Translations under genes and position numbers: made by a program | Source: Carpediemonas membranifera BICM | Lineage: Eukaryota > Protista > Fornicata | NCBI GenBank assembly: GCA_019828565.1 | Contig: JAHDYR010000034.1 | Span: 88,209-152,208 of the forward strand | Length of the DNA stretch: 64,000 bases | Reading direction: 5' to 3' | Shown here: piece by piece, positions 10,321 to 22,010 of the stretch | Numbering within the stretch: the stretch's first letter is position 1 | Layout of the letters: each line of letters opens with the position of its first letter | Notes under the pieces: generated by a model | The model's database searches: none | What the model saw: the letters and a program-made list of their open reading frames with translations, nothing else | Told to the model about the DNA's origin: nothing

Positions 10321-11724
10321 TGAGCTCCGCGGCCTCAATTGGGCGGCCGGGGACGGTCTTCTGGCAGACTGGGCAGGACTTGATCAGGTCGGCGACATGC
10401 TGGCGCTGGTTGGCCCACGAATGGCCGTGGTCGCGAAGGGACTTGACTGTGCGGTTCGTAGAGAGGTGACAGCCCGCGGCCTTGTGGTGTCGGAGGATGA
10501 GTGTTGTCCGATCGTCACCGTCAATGGTGAAGAGGCGCGAGAGACCATCAGCGGCCCCATTGTCAACACCAGCGACGTGCTTGATACTATAGGCGAACTG
10601 CTCCATGAGCAGTCTCCACCTGCCGACCTTGGCGTTGGTGGAACGATGGAGATGAACCAGGTTGTTGTGATCAGTGAGGATTTCAAATGGGCTCCACCGG
10701 AGGTAGCGCTCGGCCTTCTTGAGGCAGTGGATTATACCGAAGCACTCCTTCTCAATTGTGGGCCACCTCTGTTTCACTCTGTCAAGGGCCTTAGACATGT
10801 AAAGAAGAGGTTGTCCGTCTTGTAGGAGCACGCCCCCGACTCCGACATCTGATGCATCTGTGATTAAGGTCAGCTTCTTACGTGGGTCGAAGTGTACTAG
10901 GGTAGGGGCTGACGTCATCCTAGATTGTATGGTCTTGAAGGCTACGTCGCACTCATCGGTCCAAATGAAGGGACGACTGTTCATGGCGTCGTACAGAGGC
11001 TTTGACACGTCGGCGAAGTCAGCGCCAAGGTAATCGTGGAAGAAGTTAACGAGTCCTAGGAACTGTCTTGTACTTGACGTTGTCTGGGGTCTCGTCATGC
11101 GCGTAATAGCCGAGACTCTGTCTGGGTCGATCTGCTTGCCGTCTTTCGTGATTAGCCAACCGAGGTACTCAAACTGCTCGAGAACAAACTGGGATTTGTC
11201 GAGATTGAGGCGGATGCCCTTTTCCTCACATCTGGTAAGGACCAAGTCAAGATTTTGAGCTAACTGGTCCGGGGTACTGCCGAAGATGACGACATCATCC
11301 TGGTATATGAGGCACTTCTCGTACAGGAGGTCTCCAAACGCGACTTCCATAGCGTACTGGAAGTGAGCACCAGCTTGCTTAAGGCCAAATGGCATCCGTC
11401 TATATCTGTAACGGCCCACGTGCGTGACAAACGTCGTAAGGTCCATCGAAGTTTCATCAGCGAGTGGTATTTGGTGGTAGCCACTGGCCATGTCGATTGT
11501 CGCGAAATATCTCCCCTTCGCGAGGAAGTCGATCGTTTCATCGATCCTAGGTAGGGGGTAGTCAAATTCTTCCGTGACGGTGTTAATCTTCTGATAGTTC
11601 ACGCACATTCTGGTCTTCTGCGTGTTCTTTTTGGCGGTGAGCACCACGGGTGACCCCCATGGGCTCTGTGACGGTTCGATAACCCCTAGGCCTTTCAGCT
11701 TTTCGACGTGGGACTTGATCTCCT
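10321..11724 (-). pseudogene. pol: G3 RT-RNase H-integrase zinc finger (truncated)
   Basis: MPFGL, YQDD, ITDASD, HH..H..CPVCQ, then a break. Out of frame with gag-PR at ~11730. Confidence 0.9.
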
Positions 11725-13161
11725 CTAGCTTCCATTGACCGGGTAGGGGCGTTGTGATGTGGAGTGAACCCCTTGTTTCAGTTTGAGGGAGAAAGGAGAG
11801 AGAGTGGATGGTTCTTGGGTGAGGTCTCCGAAGGCAGCGGCGTGTTTGTCGATAACTTCCTTGTACGGAGCCTCAATCTGAGTGTTGACCGAGCTGCAGG
11901 CGTAGCTCCTGTCTAACTGCTGTTCTTCGTCAGTGAGTTCGTTGCTGGGCTCATCCGAGGCCATCAGTCTCAGGAGACCAAGGCTCTTCATGGTGGGGAA
12001 CCCGATAATGATGTCAAAGGGCATGTCTGGGAGGACATGAGCCTCTATAGTAGTGGAGAGATCGTACCTGTTGAGCTCGTTGGCCTTGATCGTCAGTGGA
12101 ACTGTTGTAAACCCCTTGGATATCGTTTCTTTGCCATTAGCGAAACTAACAATGAGGGGATCGATCTGTATATTGGTAGCAAGCTCCTCTTTGATGTAGT
12201 TTGTGGAGGCACCTGTATCGAGTAGAATTCTGACAATAGCATGTTCAAGGAGACCGTCGCATCCAAGAACTTCGCCTGGGGAGGACTCTCTGATCACGTT
12301 AAGGAAAGCATACTTGAGGGGATTTACAGGCCCCTGGTTCAGCTTCTTGCGGCAATCAACTTCGAGGTGTCCAAGGCGTGAGCAGTAGTTACACTTGGGG
12401 ATGCCCTTTTTCTTGGCGAAGCATATGTCCTCGGAGTGACCATGCTTGCCGCAGTATGAGCAGTTGAGGTTAGATGGTTTCGGGGGTTCTCGGCGGCCTT
12501 CCTTCGTCGTTCTCTTGTCATCGGGTTTGAGTGGAGGTCGCTTTGTTTCGTGGAGAGCTGATGGGGGAGCTGGGCGGAAGAATGGAGTAGCGATCTTAAG
12601 GGCTTCTTCGACGTTCCGAGCGTGGTCCAATGTGACCTTGTAGAGGTCGTCGATAGTGAGGTTGTGAGTCATTGAGGTTAGCTGTTGCTTGAAGATCTTG
12701 TCTTCAAAGCCGTTGATGAAGGACTCACGCACGTAGTCAATACCGACGGAGGATGGGAGAACGATTGTCGAGATGAGCTTGTGTTGATTGATGTACTGAG
12801 CGACCTGGCCGGGCTTTCGGCCAGGAGCCTTACGAATGAACACTTGGGACATGGTGAACGGGTCAGTGGGGCGGACGAACTTCGTCAAGGCATCTCGGAC
12901 ATGCTTGTCGATGTGATCATTCTCCTTTCTCGTCTTGTCTTTCCTTGACAGCGTCTCGTCGTTGATGACAAGCTCGGTGACGTCAGAGAGTCTGAATGGC
13001 GTCTCTTGTGCCTCGAGCTCGAGGTAAACCGGAGAGGATATGAGTTCGTGCAGCGGGGAACGCTTCTTGCCAGTTCTCAAGCTGTAATCGTCATACGACG
13101 ATAGGAATTTGAGCAGAGACTGGAATGTCAGGATTTTCAGGAGAGGCGTATTCTCGTTCAT
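11725..13161 (-). CDS. gag: G3 Gag-protease
   Basis: Two CCHC knuckles (CSYCGKHGHSEDIC, CNYCSRLGHLEVDC) and LLDTGA protease. Confidence 0.9.
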   Translation of the reverse strand: MNENTPLLKILTFQSLLKFLSSYDDYSLRTGKKRSPLHELISSPVYLELEAQETPFRLSDVTELVINDETLSRKDKTRKENDHIDKHVRDALTKFVRPTDPFTMSQVFIRKAPGRKPGQVAQYINQHKLISTIVLPSSVGIDYVRESFINGFEDKIFKQQLTSMTHNLTIDDLYKVTLDHARNVEEALKIATPFFRPAPPSALHETKRPPLKPDDKRTTKEGRREPPKPSNLNCSYCGKHGHSEDICFAKKKGIPKCNYCSRLGHLEVDCRKKLNQGPVNPLKYAFLNVIRESSPGEVLGCDGLLEHAIVRILLDTGASTNYIKEELATNIQIDPLIVSFANGKETISKGFTTVPLTIKANELNRYDLSTTIEAHVLPDMPFDIIIGFPTMKSLGLLRLMASDEPSNELTDEEQQLDRSYACSSVNTQIEAPYKEVIDKHAAAFGDLTQEPSTLSPFSLKLKQGVHSTSQRPYPVNGS

Positions 13162-13468
13162 TAAGGGCCAGTAATTACTGATGCCTAAGCCGGGCTAAGC
13201 GAGAATGAATTTATGAGTAAACCTTCTGTGGTGAATATGGTCAGTATTATATCTATACTGATAGCTATAAGCTACACTGGTCGGACGCAACCTGCGAACT
13301 GTTTCTCGACTTGTTCAACACGTCCCAGACCAAACCCCCCCGTGCCATCTCCTACTGCGCAGCCAAAGCCAGAGCCAAGGGTAAGAGAAAGGACCAGCCC
13401 CAGAACAAAGGGGGGTTTCACAAGAAGCACAAGAAGTAGCCCTTGCCACAGATGTTCAGTTCCCGTCA

Positions 13469-15562
13469 ATGAACAAAAAGTGGCCGGTGTGGGCAAGACT
13501 CGGTGCCTCCCCCGAGGTAGTAAGCTGGCTGCGGGATGGCGTCCCTATCCACCTCACCTCTGCGCCCCCTCCACCAGAACCGCAAAGGCGAGTGGACCCC
13601 CGCCTACTCCCGAAGATCGAAGAGCTAGTCGCCAAGGGCGTCCTCTCCCCGTGCCCGATAGACGAACTGCGTCACAGCGCACCCCTGTTCGCGGTGTCGA
13701 AGGGCAAAGACGATGTCCGCCCCGTGCACGACCTCCGAGCCCTGAACGAGGTGACAGCAGAGCTGAGGGTGTTTCGTCTGTTCGGCATCAGACGGGCGGT
13801 CCGCAATCTGCACAAGAACGACTATATGATCAAGATAGACCTGGCATCGGGATACCACCAACTTGGCGTCGCCTCGCGGGACTCCCCCCTCCTAGGCGTG
13901 GTCCTACCGGACGGCCGTGCATTCAGGTACAACACACTCGGCTTCGGATGGACAGCGGCGCCGTACGTGTTCCAGAGCACGACCATACAGCTTGCAAAGA
14001 TCATCGCACACAGGTTCGGAGTGACCATCGCGGTCTATCTCGACGACTTCTTAGTGTCCCATGCCTCCCCATCGTACCTAGCTTCGGTCACCCCGCAGAT
14101 CATCGACCTCATGCTATCGCTGGGGGCGATACCGGGCCTCAACAAGTGCGTCCTCACGCCGACCCAGCAGGTAGACTACCTAGGTGTCCACATAGACACC
14201 GCAAGCGAGTCCCTAAGAATCTCAAAAGACAAGGCCGAGTCCTACACGGCCACGATCGCCGAGGCCCTCCGGGTCGGGTCCATCACAGCCTCAGACTGGC
14301 AGAAGCTCCTAGGCCGTCTGTCATTCTTCGCAGGGACCACACAGTTCGCCCGCCTCGCACTCAGACCACTGCAGGCCACCCCTACAACGGAGACCGTCCA
14401 CCTCTCCAGCCAGATCCGCAGGCAGCTGGCGGCGTGGCAAGTCCTCCTCCGCGATCGCCCACCCAAGAGGTTCGCCGAAGCAAGAGCTGACTGGGAAATA
14501 CGCGATACGCTCCAGATTTCTGTCACCTCAGACGCATCAACGTCCGGCTGGGGAGCATGCCTGTTCAACGGAGAGAAGGGAGCGGCATCACAGGGTGCCT
14601 TCCCCCCTCATCTCAAGGGGGAACACATTGGTGTCAAGGAGCTCTTCGCGATCGCTCAGGCGATCAAGCTCGTGCCCCAGCAGGAGACACGCTCCTCTCT
14701 CACAGTCTTTGCCGACAACTCAGCTGCCATCAGCTGGGTAAACAGACGGGGATCGCCGAACCTCCCCCCAGCCGCACACCAAATCCTACAGGACATCTAC
14801 AACACGGCAGAAACCAAGCGCCTCGACGTCCACTGCTTCCATATTGCCGGACACCTGAACGTCCAGGCGGACAGGCTCTCCAGGTTCGCCAAGCTCGACT
14901 GGTCGTCACCCCGAGAAGTCTTGGAAACCATCATGCGCAAGTGGGGGCCGGTCGAGATCGACGTCACAGCACGCCCCGACAAGGTTCTGGCCTTACCAGG
15001 CTTTGCAGAAATAGCCTGGTCAATCCACGACAACGGCTTCCAGAGGTACTGGAGGGGAGTCAGGATATATCTAGCTCCTCCTATAGCCCTTTTTGGAGTA
15101 ACGTGTCGTCGCCTCCAGACAATACGCGCCTCTACCCAGACTGGGAACCCTCGACACTGGAGATCAGCGGCGATAGTCCTGTGCCCGGACCTCAACTCGC
15201 CCGAGGTTCGAGCCATCAAACGTTTGACACCCCTCAAGATGTACCTCAGAGTCCAGGCGAAACACCTCCTGCAGTCCGAGCTAGCCTGGACAGCGACAGA
15301 CAAGGGCAAGATCCGCTTCGTGGAGCTTATCCTGAGGACCCGTTCCAAGCCCTCCTCGCTGACGACCGACTATCACATTTCAGAAACGAATCGTCGCGCC
15401 GCACAGCAGCGGGGTCGCCAAATTCCTCCAATCCCGCAACGCGAGCCACTCACACGCGCAACAGCTCAAAGAGTTCCTTCTGACCGAGGGTACCACGTCG
15501 GGCCCACAGTCGATACACAGGAAAGGCTACTGGATTTGCGAGGCCGCCCCACTCGTGTCTGA
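13469..15562 (+). CDS. Y1 RT-RNase H-degenerate methyltransferase
   Basis: IDLASGYHQ, LGFGW, YLDD; TSDAS..KEL..ADN..ADRLSR; WGPVEIDV..W..YLAPP. Confidence 0.9.
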   Translation: MNKKWPVWARLGASPEVVSWLRDGVPIHLTSAPPPPEPQRRVDPRLLPKIEELVAKGVLSPCPIDELRHSAPLFAVSKGKDDVRPVHDLRALNEVTAELRVFRLFGIRRAVRNLHKNDYMIKIDLASGYHQLGVASRDSPLLGVVLPDGRAFRYNTLGFGWTAAPYVFQSTTIQLAKIIAHRFGVTIAVYLDDFLVSHASPSYLASVTPQIIDLMLSLGAIPGLNKCVLTPTQQVDYLGVHIDTASESLRISKDKAESYTATIAEALRVGSITASDWQKLLGRLSFFAGTTQFARLALRPLQATPTTETVHLSSQIRRQLAAWQVLLRDRPPKRFAEARADWEIRDTLQISVTSDASTSGWGACLFNGEKGAASQGAFPPHLKGEHIGVKELFAIAQAIKLVPQQETRSSLTVFADNSAAISWVNRRGSPNLPPAAHQILQDIYNTAETKRLDVHCFHIAGHLNVQADRLSRFAKLDWSSPREVLETIMRKWGPVEIDVTARPDKVLALPGFAEIAWSIHDNGFQRYWRGVRIYLAPPIALFGVTCRRLQTIRASTQTGNPRHWRSAAIVLCPDLNSPEVRAIKRLTPLKMYLRVQAKHLLQSELAWTATDKGKIRFVELILRTRSKPSSLTTDYHISETNRRAAQQRGRQIPPIPQREPLTRATAQRVPSDRGYHVGPTVDTQERLLDLRGRPTRV

Positions 15563-16241
15563 CTGACGCCTCCCGACCGCTGCCAAGCAGATAATCGCCG
15601 CCGCCCGGAACGTCGCCTCTGTAGAAGGCCTGACCGGGGGCGCGAAGCCTGTCACGTCCGCGAGAGTCCGCAGGGTCATATACAGACGTCGGAAGTCACC
15701 CCAAGCCTTCCAAGCCGCCCTCTTTTCTGCTCTCTGCTTTATCACCGTGAGTAGAGGCGCAGAGATCTTTGGGCTCAGACGAAGAGACGTCGAGTTCGAC
15801 GCTGACGGCAATGCCCTCCTTTGGTTCGTGAGAACTAAGACTGCCACAGGCGTCCGCAAGCTGGTACCAAACCAATCGTGGGCCAGCTTTAACCCAGCAA
15901 GGGCCCTGAAGGCATGGGTCCCCACGGCAACGCGCCGCGACGACGACGTCATCTGGCGGGCGATCACCTCAACCGGGGGTATTTCACTATCGAAGCCGCT
16001 ACCGGCGTCAACCCTCCGCCACTGGATCCACCAGGCGTACGGCACCGACTTTTCGTGGCACTCATTCCGCAAGGGCGCCACCACGGAGTTGGCGGTAGCC
16101 CACACGAGTACCGAAGTCCTCCTGTCCATGGGGACGTGGGCCTCCACGAAAAGCATGCTGAGATATATGGGCAACGGGGTCCGCACACACCCGGGGGTCC
16201 AGGGACACCTGGCCTCCATCCTTCTCCAACCACCACTTTAA
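15330..16241 (+). pseudogene. Y1 tyrosine recombinase (frameshift near 15410, TGA near 15564)
   Basis: SRGAE, RTKT, HSFRKG, GTW and LRY catalytic motifs; C-terminus nearly identical in protein sequence to the Y3 YR. Confidence 0.85.
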
Positions 16242-16563
16242 ATCTCTGACGGGAGCTAGTGGCTGGGAGAGTTAGGTAGGGTGGGGCTGACACGCGTTAC
16301 AACGGCAGATGTAAGCCACAACAGACATTCTTTGACGCGGTCTCTCGAGGAGACGGTCGGTTTGGGCCCGCAAGCGTGCCTGCAAGCCATTCCACTATGC
16401 TCGTTGCCGATGGGATATCCCCGTTGGGTAGAGCAAGTATGTCTAGAGGCTAGGACAGCTAGCCGGCTGGGTACCACTCGAGCCCATTGGCACCCGGGGT
16501 GCTGAGACGCCCGAGAGGGCGCACGGAAACGCGCAGTTTATGGCATCAGAATTTCGAATGCCC

Positions 16564-19500
16564 TGAAGTCTGGAAACAAGTGTGAAGTGTTTAAGGGGTA
16601 TACCTCCTACGCGGTGATAATGGCTCTAACTGCGTCTACATAGTCATGTAAATACCACACTACCCCTCCTCCATCAGAGCCATGCTTCTATTTCCGACTC
16701 TGACCGACTTTGCGCAAATGCTCGTCAACGCACTTTGCAAGTTGGCTATGGTCCTCCATGTACTTCAATAACACGATGTTGGACCGCATGTCTTCGTCTG
16801 TTGCCACTCTCCAGGTGTCTTCGCTGGCTTCGAATCCCAGCCACCTGCACCTCACTTCCGGTGTCCTGTTGGCGTCTCTTCTAATCCTCCAGTCCACTAT
16901 CTTCTTGATATACGCCTGGCTTCTATCTAAGGCGCATGCTACTTTGGCCTTCTCTTCGCTCCACTCTCCCTCGGCGACTTTCAGGTGAGAAACGTGCTTC
17001 TGATACGTCTTCTTCGTCTCTGGGTCTCGCACAACGTACGAGTTCGCCTTCCCGGGGACCTTCCTGACCACCATCAACGGTCCGCGCCACTTGAGGTCGT
17101 ACTTCTTGCGAATCTCCGCGTCGCGATCCACGAAGACCCAGTAACCCGCTGCCACGCGCGACTCAGGGTGCTGCCGCTGAATGTCAGCCGCTCGCTTCTG
17201 GCTGTCCTGCTTCTTCTTCGCCGCTGTCTGCTCCATATTCCTTCTTCTATTTTCTTCGTTCTGGATCATCCTGCGCGCAGCCTCCACCTCCTCCATCCTC
17301 TGTTCCTTGAGCTTGTCCACGGTCGCTCTGGTTCCATCCGCCACTACCAGTCTCCACGCCGACGACCCGGTCGCCCTCGAACGCGCCGAGTTGATGATGT
17401 TCTGGATCGACGGGAGCAGACCCTTCCATCTCCTGGTCTGCCGTTCATACATCTCGCACCGCAGGTGGCGGTTGACCTCTTTGTTCCACCGCTCGACCAC
17501 GCCGTTCTCCTCGTGGTAGTACGGCGTCGTGTGGTTGACCCGCGCCCCGGTCTCCCTGGCCCACGCGTGAAACTCGGTCGATGCGAACTGCGACCCGTTA
17601 TCTGCTACCCACTCGACCGGCATCGGGAAGTGGGTGAGGTAGAACCTCTGCAATGCCTCGATGGTTTCTCGTGACGACACTGTCTTCAGCGGGACCAGGG
17701 TGACCCATCGCGACGTTTCTTCCACAACTGTCAGGATGTTCCGGTACTCGCCGTCGGCCTCTTTCATGACGATAGTGTCCACGAACACTCGACCATACGG
17801 TCCCAGCGGCTCGCGCGGCGCTCGACTGGTACGGGTCGCCCCCCATACCCGACTTCTGGCACACGGGGCATCGTTTGACCATCGTTGACACGTCAGCTTC
17901 GGCTCCGTCCCAAGACAGTCCGATGTCCTCAAGCTTCCACAGGGTCTGTTGCACCCCATGGTGGCCCTTCCCAGCGCCGTGTACCTCCTTGAACCTCGCT
18001 TCCTTCTGACTCTCCGGCAGTGTCGGGCTCGCCTCCTGTGTCGTCCTGAACTCGTCTACTCTGAACAGCAGTTGCCCCTGCGGTCTGGGCTTGCTCTCTT
18101 CTGTCTCAGCGCCGGCTGCCGCTGGGCCATCCTCGTCTGACTCCGTCCGACTCTGGTCCGGAATGTCCTCCTGCTCCTGCTTCGCCTGCTCCTCTGCGAG
18201 CGCCGCCCTCGATAGCCCGTCGGCGATCTCGTTAAGGCTGCCCGGCACGTGCCCCACGTCGAATTTGTAGTTGGCGAGCTCGAGTGCCCACCGCTGCACC
18301 ATGTCGTCATTGGCGCCCCACACGTACGCGAGGTTCCTGTGGTCACACCACACCTTGAACTCCTGCGTTGCCAGCAGACGCCGAGCCTTGCGGATCGCGT
18401 GGACAATGGCGAATGCCTCCTTCCTATACGTGCTCCACCTGCGCTGCGAGCCGGACAGTGCCTTCGACAAGAACATAATCGGCCGCTTGCCGCCCTCGTC
18501 CTCCTGCATCAGCACCGCGCCGACCCCCTTGTCCGACGCGTCCGTGTACAGCGCGAGTCTCTTCGCCGGGTCCGGGTGTGTCAGCACCGGCGCGCTCGTG
18601 ACCGCCTTCTTCAATGCCTCGAGCCGCCCTGTCCTGGTCCGGCCCCCACGGCGGCGCGTCCTTGAGCTCCATCCTCCTGATCGGCTCGGCCAGGTCCGCG
18701 TACCCCGGGATGAACTTCGCGAAGAAGTTGAAGATACCCAGGAGGGCCCTGACATCGCTGACGTTGTGCGCCGGGGCGAGCTTCTGTACACCCTCCACCC
18801 TCCACTCAGGCACGGACCGTCCCTCCTTCGACACAGTCCAGCCCAAGTACTCTACCTCGTCAAGGTTGAAAGCGCACTTCTTCTCGTTAAGCTTGATCTT
18901 CCGCTCCCTCACCCGGTCCATGACATGCCGGAGGTTGGCCTCGTACTCCTCCACCGTCTCCCCGAACACCAGGATGTCGTCAACGTAGATGAGGCAGGCC
19001 GTCCCCAACATGTCCGCGAACGCCTCCTCCAGCGCTGCCTGCATATGGCCCGCCGCCGTCGACAACCCGAACGGCATCGTGTTATAGGTGAAGTGGCCGT
19101 CGGGTGTGGTGAACGCCAACAGCTCCTGCGTCCCCTCCTCGACCGGCACCTGGTGGAACGCGCTGCTCGCGTCCAGGGCTGCGAACTTGACCTTGCCCTC
19201 CAGCATCGTCATGATGTCGTCGATGGCCGGGAGGTCGTGCTGGGGATCCTCGATGAACTTGTTCAAGCGGATATAGTTGATGCACGGGCGCCACTCCCCA
19301 CCCTTCTTCTTCGCCATGACCACGCGCGACGACCAGGGCGACTTCGACCTACGGATGATCTTCGCCTCTTCCAGTTTCTTGAGGTGCTCCGACAGTGCCT
19401 GCTCAATCTCCGGCTGCCGCCTCCTCGGCAATTCGAAGTAGGGCACCGCATCATCACTCAGACTGATCTTGTACGGCTTCAGGTCTGCCGCGCCGTCGGC

Positions 19501-20886
19501 CGGGCCGAAGCAATCGGCATACTCCTCGCGGATCTGCTCGTCCATCGTGGCCAGCAACTCCTCATCGCCGTCGACGTCGGTCGTGGTGGCCTCCACGTTG
19601 ATCAGGCCCAGCTCGGCAAGGGTCCTGAAGCAGATTGTGGGTTTGCAGCCAGCGATCACGTCCCAGTGGAGCGTGACGTCGACGTCTTTCTTCAATGCGA
19701 GTCTGACCTTCTTCGATCCTCCCGTCAGCACTCTCGCCGTCGAGTTGTCGCCCAGCTTGACCCACCGGTCGGCCCACTTCGTCCGGATGCCCCACTCTCT
19801 GGCCAACTCCGGCGGGATGAAATTGCTGCTAGCACAAGTATCGAGCCGCACCACATGCTCCTTCAGCCCGACACTCATGCTGCACTCCCAAACCTTGCTT
19901 TCCACCCCCGAGGCAAAGACTAAACACTGATCGGGTTTACTGGCGTCCGGACAGTCCTTCGCGACGTGCCCCACCTTACCACACCGATAACAGCGACGGG
20001 TGCCTCCGGCTATCGTCGGCTCTGGGCAGTCCTTGGCCATGTGGCCCCCACCCCCGCAGTTATAGCAGTGCAACTTCTTCTGCCCCTGCTCTTGCTTCTG
20101 CACGTCTTTCTTCGATGTAGACGATGTGGGGGCTCCAACAGCCCAAACTGCTTCATTGCCTCGCGCTTCTTCCTCTCCCACAGCATTACTGATTGCATGA
20201 CTCCGGCTGAGTCAGTGCATGCGTCAACGACGCCCTGGAGTATTGCGTGTTGTCCTTCGTGCTTGCACGCCTCCAAGATCAGCCTCTTCGTTGCATCTAT
20301 CGGGATGTCCTCTATCTTCTGGAACAACACCGCCGCTCTCGCTGAAATCCTGTTGAGCACTTCGCTTACGCTCTTCTCAGGTCCATTCGTCAAAAGCTGC
20401 GTCCGTGCGAACACTTCAGTGGGTAGGACGAGCTCTTCTATGCTCTTCTTCCAAAATGCGTCCTCCTTCTTCTGGTGTGCGCGTCGTGCCTTCTTGACGT
20501 CGTCTTGATGCTTCATGTACTGCTGAGTCGACACCGATCCGTTACCGTTCGTCGCACATGTCGGCTCCACGAACTCGTCGATCCTGGACTTCCCTGTCTC
20601 GCGTAAAACCTGTCTCTTCAACGCAGGCTTGACCAGGGAGTGAAAAGGCTTACGGTGCTTGCCGTCGTCTGCCTCCAGGCTGTACTCGTCGTAGATGTCT
20701 CGTACTCGCATATACTCTTCGATCGTGAGGTCCTTCATCGGTGGACCTATCGTTACGTCTTCTCCCATTGCGTCAAACCGTAGTAATTACTGAAGTCTGG
20801 AAACAAGTGTGAAGTGTTTAAGGGGTATACCTCCTACGCGGTGATAATGGCTCTAACTGCGTCTACATAGTCATGTAAATACCACA
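16564..20886 (-). mobile_element. Full-length chromovirus-like Ty3/Gypsy element G4
   Basis: Identical 96-bp LTRs (16564-16659, 20791-20886), 5-bp TSD TGCCC (16559-16563, 20887-20891), PPT at 16660-16672 on the minus strand. Confidence 0.95.
16688..20768 (-). CDS. gag-pol: G4 Gag-Pol read in four frame-shifted pieces (20010-20768, 18424-20181, 17598-18791, 16688-17959)
   Basis: CCHC knuckles, RLDTCA protease, YVDD RT, YTDASD RNase H, HHCC plus DTI..ADN..VER integrase, RWLGFEASEDTW chromodomain. Frame breaks lie near G/C runs. Confidence 0.85.
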
Positions 20887-21610
20887 TGCCCGAAGGAGCC
20901 CGAGAAGAATAAATCCTTTACCCCCCCCTTTGGGAGTATGAGTTAGGTGGCTAGCCGTGGACCACATGGGTCACAGTTGACACCCGGGAGTGTCGGGTCG
21001 TGCTGCCTGATCCGATTCGATCGGATTCGATGGGCGCGCAAATTTCAAGGATCGTCTCGATCCTCTTCAGAAGAACGAGAATGGCTGATCCGGCCGAAGA
21101 AAACGAGCCGGTCACCCAGAAGGACCTCCAAGAACTGAGAGAAGTTGTAGAACGCGCCCTTCAGGCCAGAAGTGCTGAAGAACAGCAGATAACCCCGATG
21201 ATATCGCCCTCAACGTAGAGGATAACGATGATCAGCAGCTTCAGGACCAAGAAAGCATCGAAGACGAACAGCAGGACGCTGTCGACGACATCTTTGATCC
21301 CTTTGAGGCTCTTGTGAACCTTCCTAACCGGTTCGGCCTTCGAGATGAGGCTAAGTGGCTTTACGCCATGGAACGTGATCTCATCGCTGGCCGCCTTGCA
21401 ACCATTCCTGCTCTGAGGGTCAAGATCTACGGACGCCAGCAACTCCTCCTCCTCAAGGACAGTTGGGACGACGCAACCTCCGAGCGCTGCTCCAACCTCT
21501 TCAAGTCCGCTCCTCCCCGCACTCGGGCCGCCGTCGACATCTTGGTGGCTAAGGCTAAGATCAAGGGCATCAAGAAGCGTGACAATTTTCGCGAAAGGGG
21601 GGGCAGAAGG

Positions 21611-21794
21611 CATACTGTAAGAATGGCTAGAGTCTCCCGGGAGATACTCTGGAGATACTCATGTGTCAACGCTGGTCAAACCTCGCGATCCAGGCGATCT
21701 CAGGCACCTCCAGAACATCTAGAAGGTAGTTATAGAAGCATAAAAGACATGTCTGGCGTCTTGAAGTATCACATGGTGTCAGTGTTGATAAAAG
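21611..21794 (+). repeat. Outer left inverted repeat (inverted copy of the transposon right end)
   Basis: Reverse complement of 34819-35002. Confidence 0.95.
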
Positions 21795-22010
21795 CTTTCC
21801 TCTGGATACCATGGCCGAATTTACTTTCCCAGGTTGTCCGAACGACACGCGACTCCGCGGAATTTCGAGCAACTACTCTCGCGCAGGGGCAGGGGATGCG
21901 TTATGCGATGCGGCGATGGGGCGGGAGGCGCAGGGGGGCTCGGGGACGACGCAGCCTAGAGTGGCCAAGTCAGCCGAGTCGCGACTCCAGATTTCTGTGC
22001 AGGGACCTGG

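Larger units (their letters stand above)
10321..13276 (-). mobile_element. Ty3/Gypsy element G3 (3'-truncated within the integrase)
   Basis: Putative 98-bp LTR 13179-13276 (TG..CA), palindrome CAGTAATTACTG at 13169-13180, gag ATG at 13161. Inserted in the gag of Y1. Confidence 0.85.
13277..16464 (+). mobile_element. YR retrotransposon Y1 (5'-truncated by G3; same family as Y3; ends at B1)
   Basis: gag tail (WSDATCELF..GGFHKKHKK*), RT-RH-MT, YR, and B1 at 16419-16464 ending in hairpin GGCTAG-N5-CTAGCC. Confidence 0.9.
16471..20956 (+). repeat. Solo A-spacer-B remnant of the Y4 family, split by G4 (16471-16563 and 20892-20956)
   Basis: The A part matches 41876-41973 with one mismatch; B (20925-20956) is identical to 45427-45458. 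Confidence 0.85.

Noticed and set aside
11700-11740. Programmed frameshift between G3 protease and RT
   Set aside because: The break lies within the conserved RT N-terminal motif with no slippery sequence; likely an indel.
18271-19923. 550-aa plus-strand ORF antisense to G4 pol, and many similar shadow ORFs
   Set aside because: No motifs; expected from GC-rich codon usage on the opposite strand.
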